From positions 74,276,001 to 74,340,000 of the forward strand of contig NC_043006.1 in the NCBI RefSeq assembly GCF_006345805.1: a stretch of DNA of 64,000 nt, in the 5' to 3' direction. Of this stretch, positions 38,177 through 52,720 are shown piece by piece. The notes under the pieces are model-generated. The model had not been told where the DNA came from and made no database searches. It worked only from the letters and a program-made list of their open reading frames with translations. Position numbers and translations under genes: made by a program. Positions within the stretch are counted from its first letter, which is position 1; every line of letters begins with the position of its first letter. The DNA comes from Octopus sinensis. Its lineage: Eukaryota.

Positions 38177-39054
38177 AAAGCATCAAATTACATAAAAATA
38201 TATTTAATCAATAAATATAAATAATGAAGCTACAGGTAATTATTTCCTGCGTAATTTTTTATTCACACAATAACGTCAAGAATATCAGTGTGTAACTTAC
38301 TCTTTTTAAAAATATAATCGTATCTTTTTGCAGCAGCTTTGAAGTAAATATCTGTAGTTGGAAACACATTTTGCATCAAGTATAGGACAACGTATTAACA
38401 ATAGACATTTATATTTAATTTAGCCTATAGATATAAAAAAACTTAAATTACAGAAACTTATTAAGTACTTTTTTATTCAATCGATAAGCATATAACATCA
38501 GTTAAATATTCCACGTTTAAATAAATATATATATATTCTTTTATTGTATTTTAGCATAGCTTCACAATAATATATCGTGACACACCGTTTGGAAGCCACT
38601 TTGTTAATGTGAAAGATAGTGTGTGTGTGTGTGAAAGAAAAAAGAAGCAAATATGCTTCACAATTTCATTTTAAGATTACAAATGTATAGTGTCGTTTGA
38701 AGTTCAGTAGCTGTGAAAATACTGTTTTTGTTATATTTCCTACTAACTTAGCTATCAATCGTGATTAATTTATGTACATTATGCAAAGCGACAAAATTGG
38801 TGGAACCGGCTTAGCATCTGCTGGGAAGTCTATCTGAGCTATAAATTTGGCATGATTCAAATCATGCTAAATCTTTTTTTTTTTGCGTTTCGTACCTCCG
38901 GGACCAATTACGTGCAGTGTTAGTCAACTCGTACCTAAATCAAAAGCCTTTATTATGATTCAAGACAGTGGTTTTCGAGGGACCAGAATCGATAGCACGC
39001 CGGGCTAAATGCTTAGCGGCTATATATTTAGCTTAGCGTATCGGTGATATATAT

Positions 39055-39355
39055 TTACAATTATATAAGAAATCAATTGCAGCACGGAAGGTGTTTATAA
39101 GCCATTTAAGAAACACAAAATCCGTTAGATTCACTTCAACATTTAAAATTAATTTTGTCGTTGAACAGGTCGTGGTTTCGAAGCGACGAAAATATTTTGA
39201 CAAATTAAATTTAAATGTTGAAGTGAATCTAACGGATTTTGTGTGTTTCTTAAATGGCTTATAAACACCTTCCACGCTGCAATTGTTTTCTTTTCAGCAC
39301 ACGATCTCGGATCAGGTCACTTGCTATGCGAGTACATCTCCGTAATATATAAGGA
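39055..39355. mobile_element. Fold-back MITE, partial (right outer arm kept)
   Basis: Same internal hairpin as 34345-34645; ends AGTACATCTCCGTAAT, the reverse complement of the start of the other copy. Confidence 0.75.
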
Positions 39356-40089
39356 ATGTTTTCAAGTGAATGTATATATATGCTTAGATCGGGAATTCAA
39401 ACACATACACACACACAAACAAGCAAACACATATACACACACACACAAACTAACACACAGACATACACACGCATACGCGCACGTACGCACACAAACAAAA
39501 CACACATACACACACGTACCAAAATTAGTTTTGCCTTTCGTACCTCCGGGACCGATTACGTGCAGTGTTAGTCAAGTGCTGCTATTATTGGTATAGACTG
39601 ATTCCTTTTGAATTCGTACCTAAATCAAAAACCTTTATTATAATTCATGACAGTGGTTGTCGAGGTGACAGAATCTTTAGCACGCCGGACTAAATGCTTA
39701 GCAGCATTTCGTCCGTCTTTACTTCTGTTGCTTTTGCTTCGACTTTGCATCTGGGGTAGATTAAATAAGTAGTAGTTTTTTGAGCACTGACGTCGAAGTA
39801 ATCGACCAGGCCCCTCCCGCAAAATTTCAGTCACTGTACGAATAACAGAAAGGATTTTTTTCAAGACAGTGTGCTGGAAAAATCGTGAAAGCGTAGGAGA
39901 AAATACTTTGTGATATTTGCACAAAGATTTTGAATTCTTATTTCAAATCTCACCGTTTCATCTTTCAGAGTCGATTAAATACAGGATCACTCATACAACG
40001 GACACAATGGTATCGGCTACCATCGCCCTTCGCAATTTTTTGCCTCCAGTCAAACTTTGAAGCCATCATTATTATAAACTCTTCTAAGG

Positions 40090-40470
40090 CGGTGAGCTGT
40101 CTCACGTTCTGAGTTCAAATTCCACCGAGGTCGACTTTACTTTTTATCATTTCGGAATCGATTAAATAGGTACCATTTACCCAATGGAGTTGATGTAATC
40201 GACTTAATCCCTTCCACCAAATTTGAGGCCTTGTGATTCCAGTAGAAATGATTATTATAAAGTCTTTTAAGCCGGCGATCTGGCAGAATCGTTAGCACAC
40301 CGGGCGAAATGCTTAGAGGTATTTCACACGTCTTTATGTTATGTTCAAATTCCGCCGAGGTTGACTTTACGTTTTATCATAACGACGTCGATTAAATAGG
40401 TACCAGTTACGCACTGGAGTCGATGTAAGCGACTGAATCCCTTCCTCTGAGCTGCCCTTGTAGCTTAAAT
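40090..40470 (+). mobile_element. Two adjacent SINE family B copies
   Basis: GAGTTCAAATTCCACCGAGGTCGAC and GTTCAAATTCCGCCGAGGTTGAC segments, each with family body. Confidence 0.75.
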
Positions 40471-40799
40471 TTGAAATAATTATTAAAACGCTTCTTGTCA
40501 CACAGTGAGCACATCCGTAACGCTCTACATGTTTGCCAGTGTTCTTTCTTGGGTCAATTTATCACATGAGTTAACGGTAAATGCCTATCAATCCAGAACA
40601 TATTTAGTTCGCTAGTTAATGAAATTTAAGGAGAATTTTGTTATCCAAGTTATTGTATTTGTGAATCGTTAGTTTGCTTTCCTTATTCCAGCAAACTTTT
40701 ATATCGAAAGCCTCGTTTATGACTCACAATTTCTAGTTTTAGTATATCCGTATCATATAGTTCTGGGCTTTATATTTAGATTAGCGTATCGGTAATATA

Positions 40800-41021
40800 T
40801 CTCTTTTACTCTTTTACTTGTTTCAGTCATGTGGTTGTGGCCATGCTGGAGCACCGCCATTAGTCGCGCTAATCGACCCCAAGACTTATTCTTTGTGAGC
40901 CAAGAACTTATTGTATCGGTAAACACAACACCATCAGTTATCAAGCGATGTTATGTGTGTGTGTGTGAGGGGGGAACGCACGCACGAACACACATATATA
41001 TATATACACACACGTACGTAC

Positions 41022-41072
<51 letters not shown>

Positions 41073-41234
41073 GACGGGCTTCTTTCAGTTTCCGTCTACC
41101 AAATCCACTCACAAGGCATTGGCCGGCCCGAGGCTATAGTAGAAGACACTTACCCAAAGTGCCACGCAGTGGGACTGAACCTTGAACCATGTGGTTGGTA
41201 AGCAAGCTACTTACCACACAGTCACTCCTACGCC
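40800..41234 (-). mobile_element. SINE family A
   Basis: Full head-body-tail match on the minus strand. Confidence 0.85.
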
Positions 41235-41872
41235 TATGTAGAATTATTGTATCCATATTTAATAAACCATGATAATAGTTACTTTTCATTTGACAACCTT
41301 TAATGATAATGATGACGTTTGAAGAGAAATTGATGTCTACTGAATAACCTTAGCATAACACTACTATAATATTGTTGCAATTTACGTGTTGCTCTATGGT
41401 GGAATAATACTTTCAGTACGATCTCTTAAGTTTTAAGTATATAAATAATAAGAGAGTTGTAGATGTTAGCTTCGAGTAAATTCCACAGCTCCAGCTTGAT
41501 ATTGTGGCGATCTAGCAGAGTCTTTAACCCGTCGGTCAAAACGCTTAGTTTCATTTCTTCTGGTTTTACATCATAAGATCAAATACTAATACAGTCGTTG
41601 GCTTAGCCTTTCATCCTTTCATAGTCGAAGAAATAAGAACCAGTTAAACAAACGTTAGTAGCTGTAATTTAAACACTGTGCATAATAAATGATGTTTATC
41701 TCTCACAATATGGATTACGTTTTAGGCTACATCTACGTATAACGAATTATAACGGTATTATTGTAATTGCAACGGTTACTACTCGGTGCATTTAAAACCT
41801 GTGTAGGTCTATGTAAAGCTGTTTATATATCAAAAGAATTAAAGGTAATGCTATGCTACTTCGTAATAATAC

Positions 41873-41915
<43 letters not shown>

Positions 41916-42469
41916 CATCGTTGATGTTATGTATATATAAAAGTTTATAAATAAGGATAATATCGATATCTAAATATCGATATTATCAAGTGGCCAGCAT
42001 GGGAAAAAATACCATACAAAGGTAATAATTTTTTTTCAACTATAAGTAAGGGTGTCTGAAAGACACCACCATACCGAAATAGTAGTCAAATTCCTGACTC
42101 TAAAAAACAAGTTAAATGTTCATATCGCACTATGAGATAAGACAGAGGGACAAAATAGACTAGCAAAAAGATATTACCGAATAATTCAAGATCCTGGATT
42201 TCTAACTTTGCTTCAAATAAGCTCTGTCTTCATCAGTTGAATATATCAGATGGGCACATAAATACAAATATATATATGTGTATGTATGTAAAATTAAGTA
42301 TTAGCACTAAGCTTAAGGACGCACAAGGCATCAACCTGTTTAGAAATAAGAGTCAAATTTCCAAATCTACCAACGAACTCACCGAAATATGACAGAGAGG
42401 ACTGTATGCGAGCAAACGGTTAACAAATTAAGCAATTATAGTAATACAATTAAAGATTGTCATTCGGAT

Positions 42470-42528
42470 ATTCATGTACCATGGTTTCGGATCCTATCCC
42501 TCGGGCCTCAACATTCATCAGCATGAAT
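42470..42528 (-). ncRNA. Hammerhead-like motif with canonical core and irregular stem II
   Basis: ATTCATG-CTGATGA-(26 nt, poorly paired)-GAAAC-CATG-GTA-CATGAAT: perfect 7-bp stem I and 8-nt palindromic stem III. Confidence 0.5.
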
Positions 42529-43804
42529 CATCGATGAAACATTCTGAATCCGTTACCTTGAACATCCATCAGCGTTCTGACTTTTGAACTTATTCAAACT
42601 ATTCCTCTCAGATACACCCACTTATTGGGCTGTCTTTCAGTTCTTCGAAGCCCTGTAAAAGAACTCGTAAGCTTGGGCCTCCAGGTAGGCTTTTCACGAT
42701 ACCCTGATAGCTAGCAACTTTTCAGCAGACCATCACATGTGTATGTATGTATGTATGTATGTATGTATGTATACATATATATATATGTGTGTGTTTGTGT
42801 GTGAGTGTCTGTGTTTGTGTGTAGGTATGCCCAGATGCGCATTTAGCATAACATGGTAAATTGGATTGTAAGCCGTGGCGACGGCATCTAAGTTAGAAGG
42901 CGAAAATTCCAATACGAAAAGCCTGAATTATATCGATCATTGAGTTTGAGGCAAATATTTGCACCGATATTTTTCCGTCAGCAATTCCGGAAATATGGCT
43001 GATCCTATACAAGCCCTTACTGTTGAAAACATATCATCTGTGCGGAAACTAAATACTATTAGCTGTTCAACACTCATATGTCAAAACCGACGGAAGAATC
43101 CACATGTATTTGTGTGTGCATGTGTGTGTGTGTGTGTAAAAATGTATATATGTATATATACATGTGTTTGAGTGTGTATGCGCATTTGTGTATCACAAAC
43201 AATTCTTCTCTCTCTCTCTCTCTTTCTCTTTCTCATCAAGCTACATGTCAGGATTGAACCCTAAAAGTCAAAATTAAACAACGATTATTTGAACTCCAGA
43301 TATTCAACCAATCATACCGTTCCCACATGGTGCTTTGTAAAATCTTTGTTGTGTTAAGTATTGGTCGTCACAAAATATTACAATACATATATACATTCTT
43401 TGATAATAATGAGAAAAGTGTTAAAACAGTTTACAAGGAATTATCTTGAGAAAATATTAAAAAGCTCATTGAAAATATTGGGATTTCATTAAAAATCATG
43501 TTTGTATGGAAGCATCTATATTTATTCACAGAAAATTATAAGATCAAAAAGATCATATTTTGGTGGTATATATGTTCAAAATGTCATATATATAAAACCT
43601 AAATATGACCTTTACAAACCTTTCACGTTTTACATTTGGCAATCTTTTTCTAAAAAAGTGAAGCCGGTCAAGTGAATAAACACATTTTAAAATTGCATTT
43701 TCAAACCATCTTTCATATATATGTATATATATATTATTTATACTATTAATATACTTGAACGCCACGCATACACTTCCAAGTGAGTTTTATCTTGTATAAA
43801 TACA

Positions 43805-43870
<66 letters not shown>

Positions 43871-44616
43871 TAGACAGATAGATTGAGAGCTAGCTAGCTA
43901 GATAGATAGATATACGTATACATATAAGTATATACACATTTATATTCACACACACACACGCACGCACATATACATACGTACGCACGTGGGTGTGGGTGTA
44001 TGAGCATGTATTCATACGTATTTTTAAATACAAGCAAACAAGCACATGTACACACACTTACGTAAACAAATATAAATGGTTCATTCATAAAACTCGATGA
44101 CATCGAATGCATATATATGTGTGTGTGCGCGCGCGCGTGTGTGTGTTTGCGGGCGCGCGTGTGTGTGCGCGTATGTATGTGCGCGTGTGTATGTGCGTGT
44201 ATGTATCATATATATACATATATATTATATTTATATTTATGTATGTGTGACTATATCGATTTTCAAATGCCCATACGCCATACTGTTTTATAAGCAGTAC
44301 AAGCTTTTTTTTCAAGCAACCCTCTGATGTGTGATTAGATGTACTTGACGTTAAGTAAACTGATATCCTATTCAACTTTCAGCCCCCTTCTACTTTTCGG
44401 TCTACGGAGAGACAAATACTTATTATATTCGTTTCCATTGCTCCCACGCCATTCAAATACACATCTCGACATCGACTAAAATGTACTCCTGCTTATACAG
44501 GCATTCCTTAATATGGACATCATATAGAAAGGATCGAATGCAATCTTTTTTCATGTATCAATAATGAACATATATATCACCTTCTGTATGTATTCATGTG
44601 TATAGTTGAGCAATAT

Positions 44617-44670
<54 letters not shown>

Positions 44671-44732
44671 GTGTATATATATATATATTATATATATATA
44701 TATATATTATATATATATGTATAATGTGTGTG

Positions 44733-44774
<42 letters not shown>

Positions 44775-45083
44775 GTCATATATATATATATATATATATG
44801 TGTATATATGTGTATATATATTGTATGTATATATATATATATATGTATATGTATATATATATGTATATATGTATATGTATATATATGTATATATGGATAT
44901 GTATATATGTATATATATATGTATATATGTATATATGTATATATATATGTATATATGTACAAATATATGTATATATGTATATATATGTATATTATATATA
45001 TAATATATATAATAATATATGTAATATAATGTATATATATATATATGTATAATGTATATATATATTATGTATTATATATATAC

Positions 45084-45119
<36 letters not shown>

Positions 45120-45120
45120 G

Positions 45121-45172
<52 letters not shown>

Positions 45173-45184
45173 TATATGTATATA

Positions 45185-47190
45185 TACTTTGATACTTGAT
45201 ACTTTGATAGGTTTCGGCCATTATTGGCCCAGGCCATGTCTAACTTAATAGCACCACCTGGTGAAATCTTTCAAGTCAGAATTTGGGCACTATGGCCCAC
45301 TCAAGTAGAGAGTTATTGTTACAGAGACATATCGGGGGTGTAGGGGGTTTATCCGGGATTTCTTGAAGGAATCTGTCCAAAGACTTCTTGAACCCTATAG
45401 GGTCAGTTTCTGTTTTAATGTGTTTTGGTGTAAAGTTAAAGAGAGCGGGGCCAATTGAGGTGAAATAATTGTGCCGTATTGTTGTTATGAGATGAGAGTG
45501 CGATTTTTGTTTTGGGCGGATGGCACGGGGCCCAAGCCTTGGATGTACCTTAAAGGTGATGCCAACATCATTTGGGCAATGCTGATGGAATATTTTCCAC
45601 ATCATGCAGATGATGTAGCGCTCGCGCCGACGTTGGAGAGAATAGAGTTTTAGCTTTTCTAGTCGACCCCAATAGTCGAGGCCTGTCATGCCATCTATCT
45701 TTTTTGTGATTGCCCTTTGAGGTGCTTCAACTTTTATGATACCTTGTATTGTGTGGGGAGACCACAGTGGACAACAGTATTCAAGGTGGGGTCGGGAAAA
45801 AGTGGAGAAGAGAAGGATAATGGTGTGGATATCTCTCGACTGGAAACTTCTGAGAATCCAGGAATACATTCTGCGGGCCATGTCAACTTTGGTGTTTATA
45901 TGAGTGGTCCACAATTACTCCCAAGTCTCTGATGTTGTTGGACGCCGCGAGAGTTTCACCTGAAGGAAGGGAGTATGGGAGTTTCAGGGCATCCTCTTTT
46001 CCAAAGTGGATTAACTCAAATTTATCCTCGTTCAGCAGCATATTGTTTTTTTCTGCCCATTGGATAACAGCCAGTAGATCTGACTGAAGGCATGTCCGGT
46101 CACTCGCCTCATTTATGACCCTCTGTAGCTTGGAATCATCTGCAAAGATTTTTATGTTGCTGTGCTTGATGATGTCATTAATGTCATTAATGTAAATGAT
46201 GAAGAGAAGTGGGCCCAGCACAGTGCCTTGCGGAACGCCACTACTGACTTTGGCTGGGCTTGATTTTACCCCTTCAACTACAACATGTTGAGATCTGTTT
46301 GTCAGGAAACACTTGATCCATTTCAGTAACTTTCCAGAGACACCAATGTTGGATAGTTTTTTCAATAGGATCTTGTGATTGACCCTGTCGAAGGCCTTAC
46401 TGAAATCAAGGTAGATGACATCGGTGTTGGAGCCCTCTCCCAAAGCTCTCAAAATGTCCTCAAAGTGATGCAGGAGCTGCGTTAGGCAGTCCCTTCCATT
46501 ACGGAACCCATGTTGGTTGGAGATCAGCCGTCTGTTGCTTTCCAGAAATTGGGTTATTCGAGATCTCACCACCCTCTCAAATACCTTGATGATATGAGAG
46601 TTGAGTGAGATCGGACGGTAGTTCACTGCAAGGGACTTGTTCCTTTTTGAAAACTGGGACAACAGACTGGGACAGAAGGTTTTTTGGAATATAGCCAGCA
46701 TCCAGTGAGTTTCTCCACAGATTAGCAAGGGGAGATGCAAGTTGGTGTCGACACACCTTCAGGACACAAGCAGGGAACCTATCGGAGCCTACTGCTGAAT
46801 TGTGTTTTATTTCGTTTATCGCCGCTAAGACATCAGGGGCACTAAACGTTATGTCCGATATAGTGTGTTGGGGGTTGACATCACTGATACAGCCCAGATC
46901 GGCCATATCAGGATTGCTGAAAACAGAGCAGTATTGTTTCTGCAGTATCTCGGCCATGGATTTGGCGTTATCTTGGAGAGTGCCAGTTTCATCAATTAGA
47001 GGGCCAACAATGGAGACAGTGACCCTGCGTTTCCTCGCAAATGAAAAGAACACTTTGGGTTTGAGTTTGATTTTTTCAATGGCCCACTTCTCCTCAGCTG
47101 ATCTTTGGTTATTGATGAGGGTCTTCATGCATTGTTGGAGGTTATATTTTTTGGATTCAAGCAGTGCGATAGCCGTCGAATGTGTGTGTT
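45185..47190 (-). mobile_element. CR1-clade LINE, 5'-truncated, RT domain with frameshifts
   Basis: NYRPISL, YLDFSKAFDRVNH, GVPQGTVLGPLLF, FADDSKL, LEYCCPLWSP, YSLQRRRER; 3' tail GGTGGTGC...CATGGCC...GAAACC plus (TATCAAG)-type tandem repeats. Confidence 0.92.
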
Positions 47191-47199
47191 GCATTTTGG

Positions 47200-48936
47200 A
47201 GGTAAAGTAAACAATCATCACGATAGTTTCGATATACCTATGGAAAGTTCTGATTCAGCACAGATAGCTGATTTGGTCTGTATATATATTCTTTTTGAAA
47301 TGCCAGAAGAGTTCCCTAACATTTATGGAGGTCTATATCGTGATGATTGTTTACTTTACCTCCAAAATGTTTCTAACCAAAAGGTACAGAAAGTTAAGAA
47401 CAGTTTAGTTAATTTTTTCAGTAGAATGGGCTTAAAAATCGTTTTTGATGACGATCTGACGAAGGCCAACTTTTTAGATATTACGCTTAATTTACACAGT
47501 GACTCTTACTTCCCATATCATAAACCGTTGACCAATCTTAAGTACATTAGCAAATTTAGTAATCATCCTGGAGCAATTACTAAGAATTTAGTTAAGAATA
47601 TTTCATTTAGATTATCTAAATTATCTGCTAATGTTGATATTTTCAATAATAACGCTGAATTCTATAACTGCCTTAATCAAAGCAGGTTATACAGAAAAAT
47701 TTTTCTACATTGATTCTGCTCAGTCTAATTGTAAATTCAATAATGTAGATAAGATTTCTAGTCGTAAAAGAATTATTGATAACAAACATAACTTACGCAC
47801 CGATACAAAGCGAATGAAGGCAGATAACCCTTATTTATTCCCCTCTTACCGATCTAAAAGTAAATATAACACCTTCAAAAGTAATTACGCTATGAATACT
47901 AGTAAAAATATTTGGTTAATAATTCCTTACGGGAGACAAATTAAATCTAATCTCCCACTGCTGTTTCGTCAAGCTATTGCTAGGAATTTTCGAAATAATT
48001 CTAGATATTACTCTATAATTAATTCACATAAGGTTAGGATAGGGTTTTCAAACACAAAAAATCTCTTGCAAATTATATCTTCTCATAATAACAAACTGTT
48101 AAATATTAATACATTTACTAATACTAACATTAATTTAGCTACTACCATCCAACCCTCTAGAAATATTAATAACAAGGTTATTGTATCTGAAGTCAATCCC
48201 AATAGAATTAAATTTATGCCAAGTAACTCTAAGATTAAAAATTCTATATACCAGTGTATAATCAGTACTCGTAATAAAGTACAATTTTACATTGGAAGCA
48301 CATCGTTAGAGTTATCTAAGAGAATTTCTATCCATTACTCAACATTTAGGGATAGAAATAAACGGAATAGTACCGGTCTCAGCAAACTGATTTGGAATTT
48401 AAAAGACCACAATGAACAATTTCATTTGGAATGGTTGATCCTCTCAATTTCGATACCATATGACAAAGGCAAGAAATTCTGTCTTCTCTGCAATTCTGAG
48501 CTATTTTTCATTATTTTTTCTAAAACTACTCTAGTAAACACGGTTATAGAACGAGCATACAGATGTAAGCATTGGCAAAAACATACTTTTAGTGCATATA
48601 AGTAGTCTCTATCATTATATATAGTTTAGACTTTATTTCCTTTATATTTAACATTCACTATTAATATCCCTACTCTTTCTGTTAGCTACTTATGACGTTA
48701 TATCATATAACGTTTTTTTAAACAATATTAATAGCGTGCTGTCTATCGCTATACGAATCCATCATTTTTTGCTAAAATGTCGTATTGACAAGTTTCGTTT
48801 TTTCACTTTCCCGAAGAGAAGATTGCATTGTTTATACCTTTTATTCTTTTGAATAAGTATCAGTGGAATTTTTGAAACATATGTAGAAAGAAAAAATACT
48901 TGTTTAAACATGCGTTAACTCCATTTTTTATTCCTC
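47200..48936 (+). mobile_element. Penelope-like element 1: 5'-truncated RT plus GIY-YIG, one frameshift near 47667
   Basis: FDIPM, GLYRDD, NFLDITL, PYHKP, SNHP; then SIYQC...FYIGST...KRISIH...LSKLIWNLK...CLLCNSE; stop at 48605; 3' UTR ends at (TA)n. Confidence 0.9.
48806..48890 (+). ncRNA. Hammerhead motif in PLE1 3' UTR (U4C, long stem II)
   Basis: CTTTC-CCGAAGA-(56-nt extended hairpin)-GAAAC-ATAT-GTA-GAAAG. Confidence 0.6.
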
Positions 48937-48958
48937 TATATATATATATATATATATA

Positions 48959-50064
<1,106 letters not shown>

Positions 50065-50077
50065 ATAGATATATATA

Positions 50078-50412
50078 TTCTCTTTTACTGTCTTACTCAT
50101 TTTAGCTTGCGGCTGCGGTCATGCTGGAGCAACACAGTGGTTTTTTTGATTTCCTCCAGCTGGGCTTTTTCACATCACCATCCCTGTATGTGACTTTGTC
50201 CCAGCTGTTGGCCCATTTAGTGTTTAAGGGAGTTTGATTCCGCTGCTCTAGTCTCCACCTCATGGTGGGCTGTTGGTTTATCTGATATTGTGGAAAGGCG
50301 TCCAGTTCCTTTTTGAAGACATCCACTTCCATCTTATGAAGATTCCTTAATTTTTGAGGCAGGGCATTGACGAGCTGTAGGCCTTTGAATCCTAGATTAT
50401 TACAGTAGCTAG
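50078..50412 (-). mobile_element. CR1-clade LINE extreme 3' end
   Basis: Minus strand ...GLQLVNALPQKLRNLHKMEVDVFKKELDAF, similar to the 33420-33520 frame; tail TTGCTCCAGCATGACCGCAGCC. Confidence 0.75.
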
Positions 50413-50455
50413 TCCTGAATTATACACGCGCGCGCGCACGCACGCACGCATATAT

Positions 50456-50985
50456 TGGCAATGTGGTAAGTAGCTTGCTTAACAATTACATCGTTTTCGG
50501 TTCAGTCTCACTGCATGGCATCTTGGTCAAATGTCTTCTACTGTTGACTCAGGCCGACCAAAAACTTGCAAGTGGATTTGATAGACGGCAACTGAAAGAA
50601 GCCCGTCGTATTATATATATATATTATATATATATTATATTATATATAATATATATATATATATTATATATATATATATAATATAATATATATGTATATA
50701 TATATTATATAAAGAGATAGATAGATGGATAGATACATAGGTATAGAATATATATATATGTATATGTTTGTGTGTCTGTGTTTGTCCCCCACCATCGCTT
50801 GACAACCGATCTTTGTTTGTTTGTTTACGTCCTCATAACTTAGCGGTTCGGCAAAAGATACCGATATAAGTACTAGGCTTACAAAGAATAAGTCCTGGGG
50901 GTCGATTTCATCGACTAAAGACAGTATTGCAGCATGGCCGCAGTCAAATGACTGAAACAAATAAGAGAATAAAAAATAAAGAATA
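50456..50985 (+). mobile_element. SINE family A
   Basis: Family head, long internal (TA)n, tail GCAGCATGGCCGCAGTCAAATGACTGAAACAAATAAGAG. Confidence 0.85.
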
Positions 50986-51019
50986 TGAAGATATAGATAT
51001 ATATATATATATATATATA

Positions 51020-52642
51020 CAGTTGCGGCCAAAATGTTCAGAACGGCATTGTTTTCGTTAGAAAAGTAGATATAAGTTTTTATCACAGTTGTTTTATATT
51101 CTATAATTTTCACAGACAATAAATACCATATTATTTGTTATTGTCTGAGATTTTGATGTAATTTGAGACGATAATACAAATGTTATGGATGATTTAGTGA
51201 TTTACTGCAAAACCCATGGCGGCCAAAAGGATCAGAACGGTTGCTTTTACTCCGTGTTTTAGTATATTTAACCGTCGAACTCTAATGTTTTGAATTTGTT
51301 TACGTGACGGTTCGTTTACTAAACATTAGTAAGAGTATCTGCAGTGTACTTTGTTAATATGATGCCACTTACTCCGTTACCAATTCGTCAGCAGATCATT
51401 AAGCTTCGAAAGAAGGATAATTTTAGTATTGGGTCTATTGCAAAGATTGTTAACAAGTCAAAAAGTGTTGTTCACGGTATTCTTAAGGTCTACGATGATT
51501 GTGGTTTGTGTGAAGCAAGAAAGTCTACAGGTAGGCTAAGAAAAACGACCAAGATCGTGCTATGGTAAAGTTAGTTAAAAAGGACAGATTTAAAACTACT
51601 GCTGCTGTTTCTCGGGAAATGAGCATTGTACTGAAGAACACGTTATCTCGAAAACCTGTGTCTTATCGTTTAGTTGAACATAACCTACAAGCAAGAGCAC
51701 CTGCAGTGAAGCCACTGATCAGCTCCAAGAATAAAAAGTGTCGTCTTACCTTTGCAACCGAACATGTGTTGTGTTCTCAAGAAAAATGGCAAACTGTGCA
51801 TTTTAGTGATGAATCTAAGTTTTATGTCATTTGGCTCAGATGGGAAAAGGTACGTTCGTCGAAAAGTAAGTGAAAAATTGTCGCCTAAATGCCTTAAGAC
51901 TATTGTTAAATTCGGTGTAGGAAGTGTCATGGTTTGGGGGATGATATCTGGAGATGGTGTGGGCCCTTTGGTGCGATTACATGGAAAGGTAAATGCACGA
52001 GTTTATAAACAACTTGTAAAAGACCATGTCTTGCATGTGCCGAGAAATTCAACTAAGCGACCACCCATATTCATGCAGGACAATGCCCCATGTCACAAGG
52101 CTAAGGTGGTCATGAACTTCCTCAAGGCTGAAAAGGTTATTGTTATGGATTGGTCTGCTCAAAGTCCAGATCTCAATCCTATTGAAAATGTGTGGAACAT
52201 TCTAGGCGAACGTTCGAAAGCCAGAAATCCTAAAACAACCGAGCAATTATGAAATGCTCTTCAGGAAGAATGGAATAAGATCACCCAGCAAGAAATTGAA
52301 AATTTAATTTCCTCATGCAGTCGAAGATGTCAAACTGTGATTGAAGCTAAAGGGTTTCACACTAAATATTAAATAATTCCAGTATTCTCTGTCATTTTTG
52401 ATTATTTTGTTATTTTTTCAACCGTTCTGATTATTTTGGCCGCCATGGGTTTTGCAGTAAATCACTAAATCATCCATAACTTTTGTATTATCCCCTCAAA
52501 TTACACCAAAATCTCAGACAATAACAATTAATATTGTATTTATTGTCTGTGAAAATTATAGAATATAAAACAACTTTGATAAAAACTTATACCTACTTTG
52601 CTGACGAAAACAATGCCGTTCTGAACATTTTGGCTGCAACTG
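51020..52642 (+). mobile_element. Full-length Tc1 transposon with 224-bp IR/DR TIRs
   Basis: TIRs 51020-51243 and 52419-52642, TA flanks, two direct repeats GCGGCCAAAA..TCAGAACGG per TIR. Confidence 0.95.
51359..52372 (+). pseudogene. Tc1 DD34E transposase pseudogene
   Basis: FSDESKF, GSVMVWG, FMQDNAPCH, SPDLNPIENVW (34 residues between D and E); two frameshifts and a premature TGA at about 52250. Confidence 0.92.
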
Positions 52643-52665
52643 TATATATATATATATATATATAG

Positions 52666-52708
<43 letters not shown>

Positions 52709-52720
52709 TATATATATATA

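Noticed and set aside
47105-47200. N-terminal extension of the PLE1 ORF (MVIDEGLHALL...)
   Set aside because: It is the antisense of the adjacent CR1 sequence, open by chance; not a real fusion protein start.
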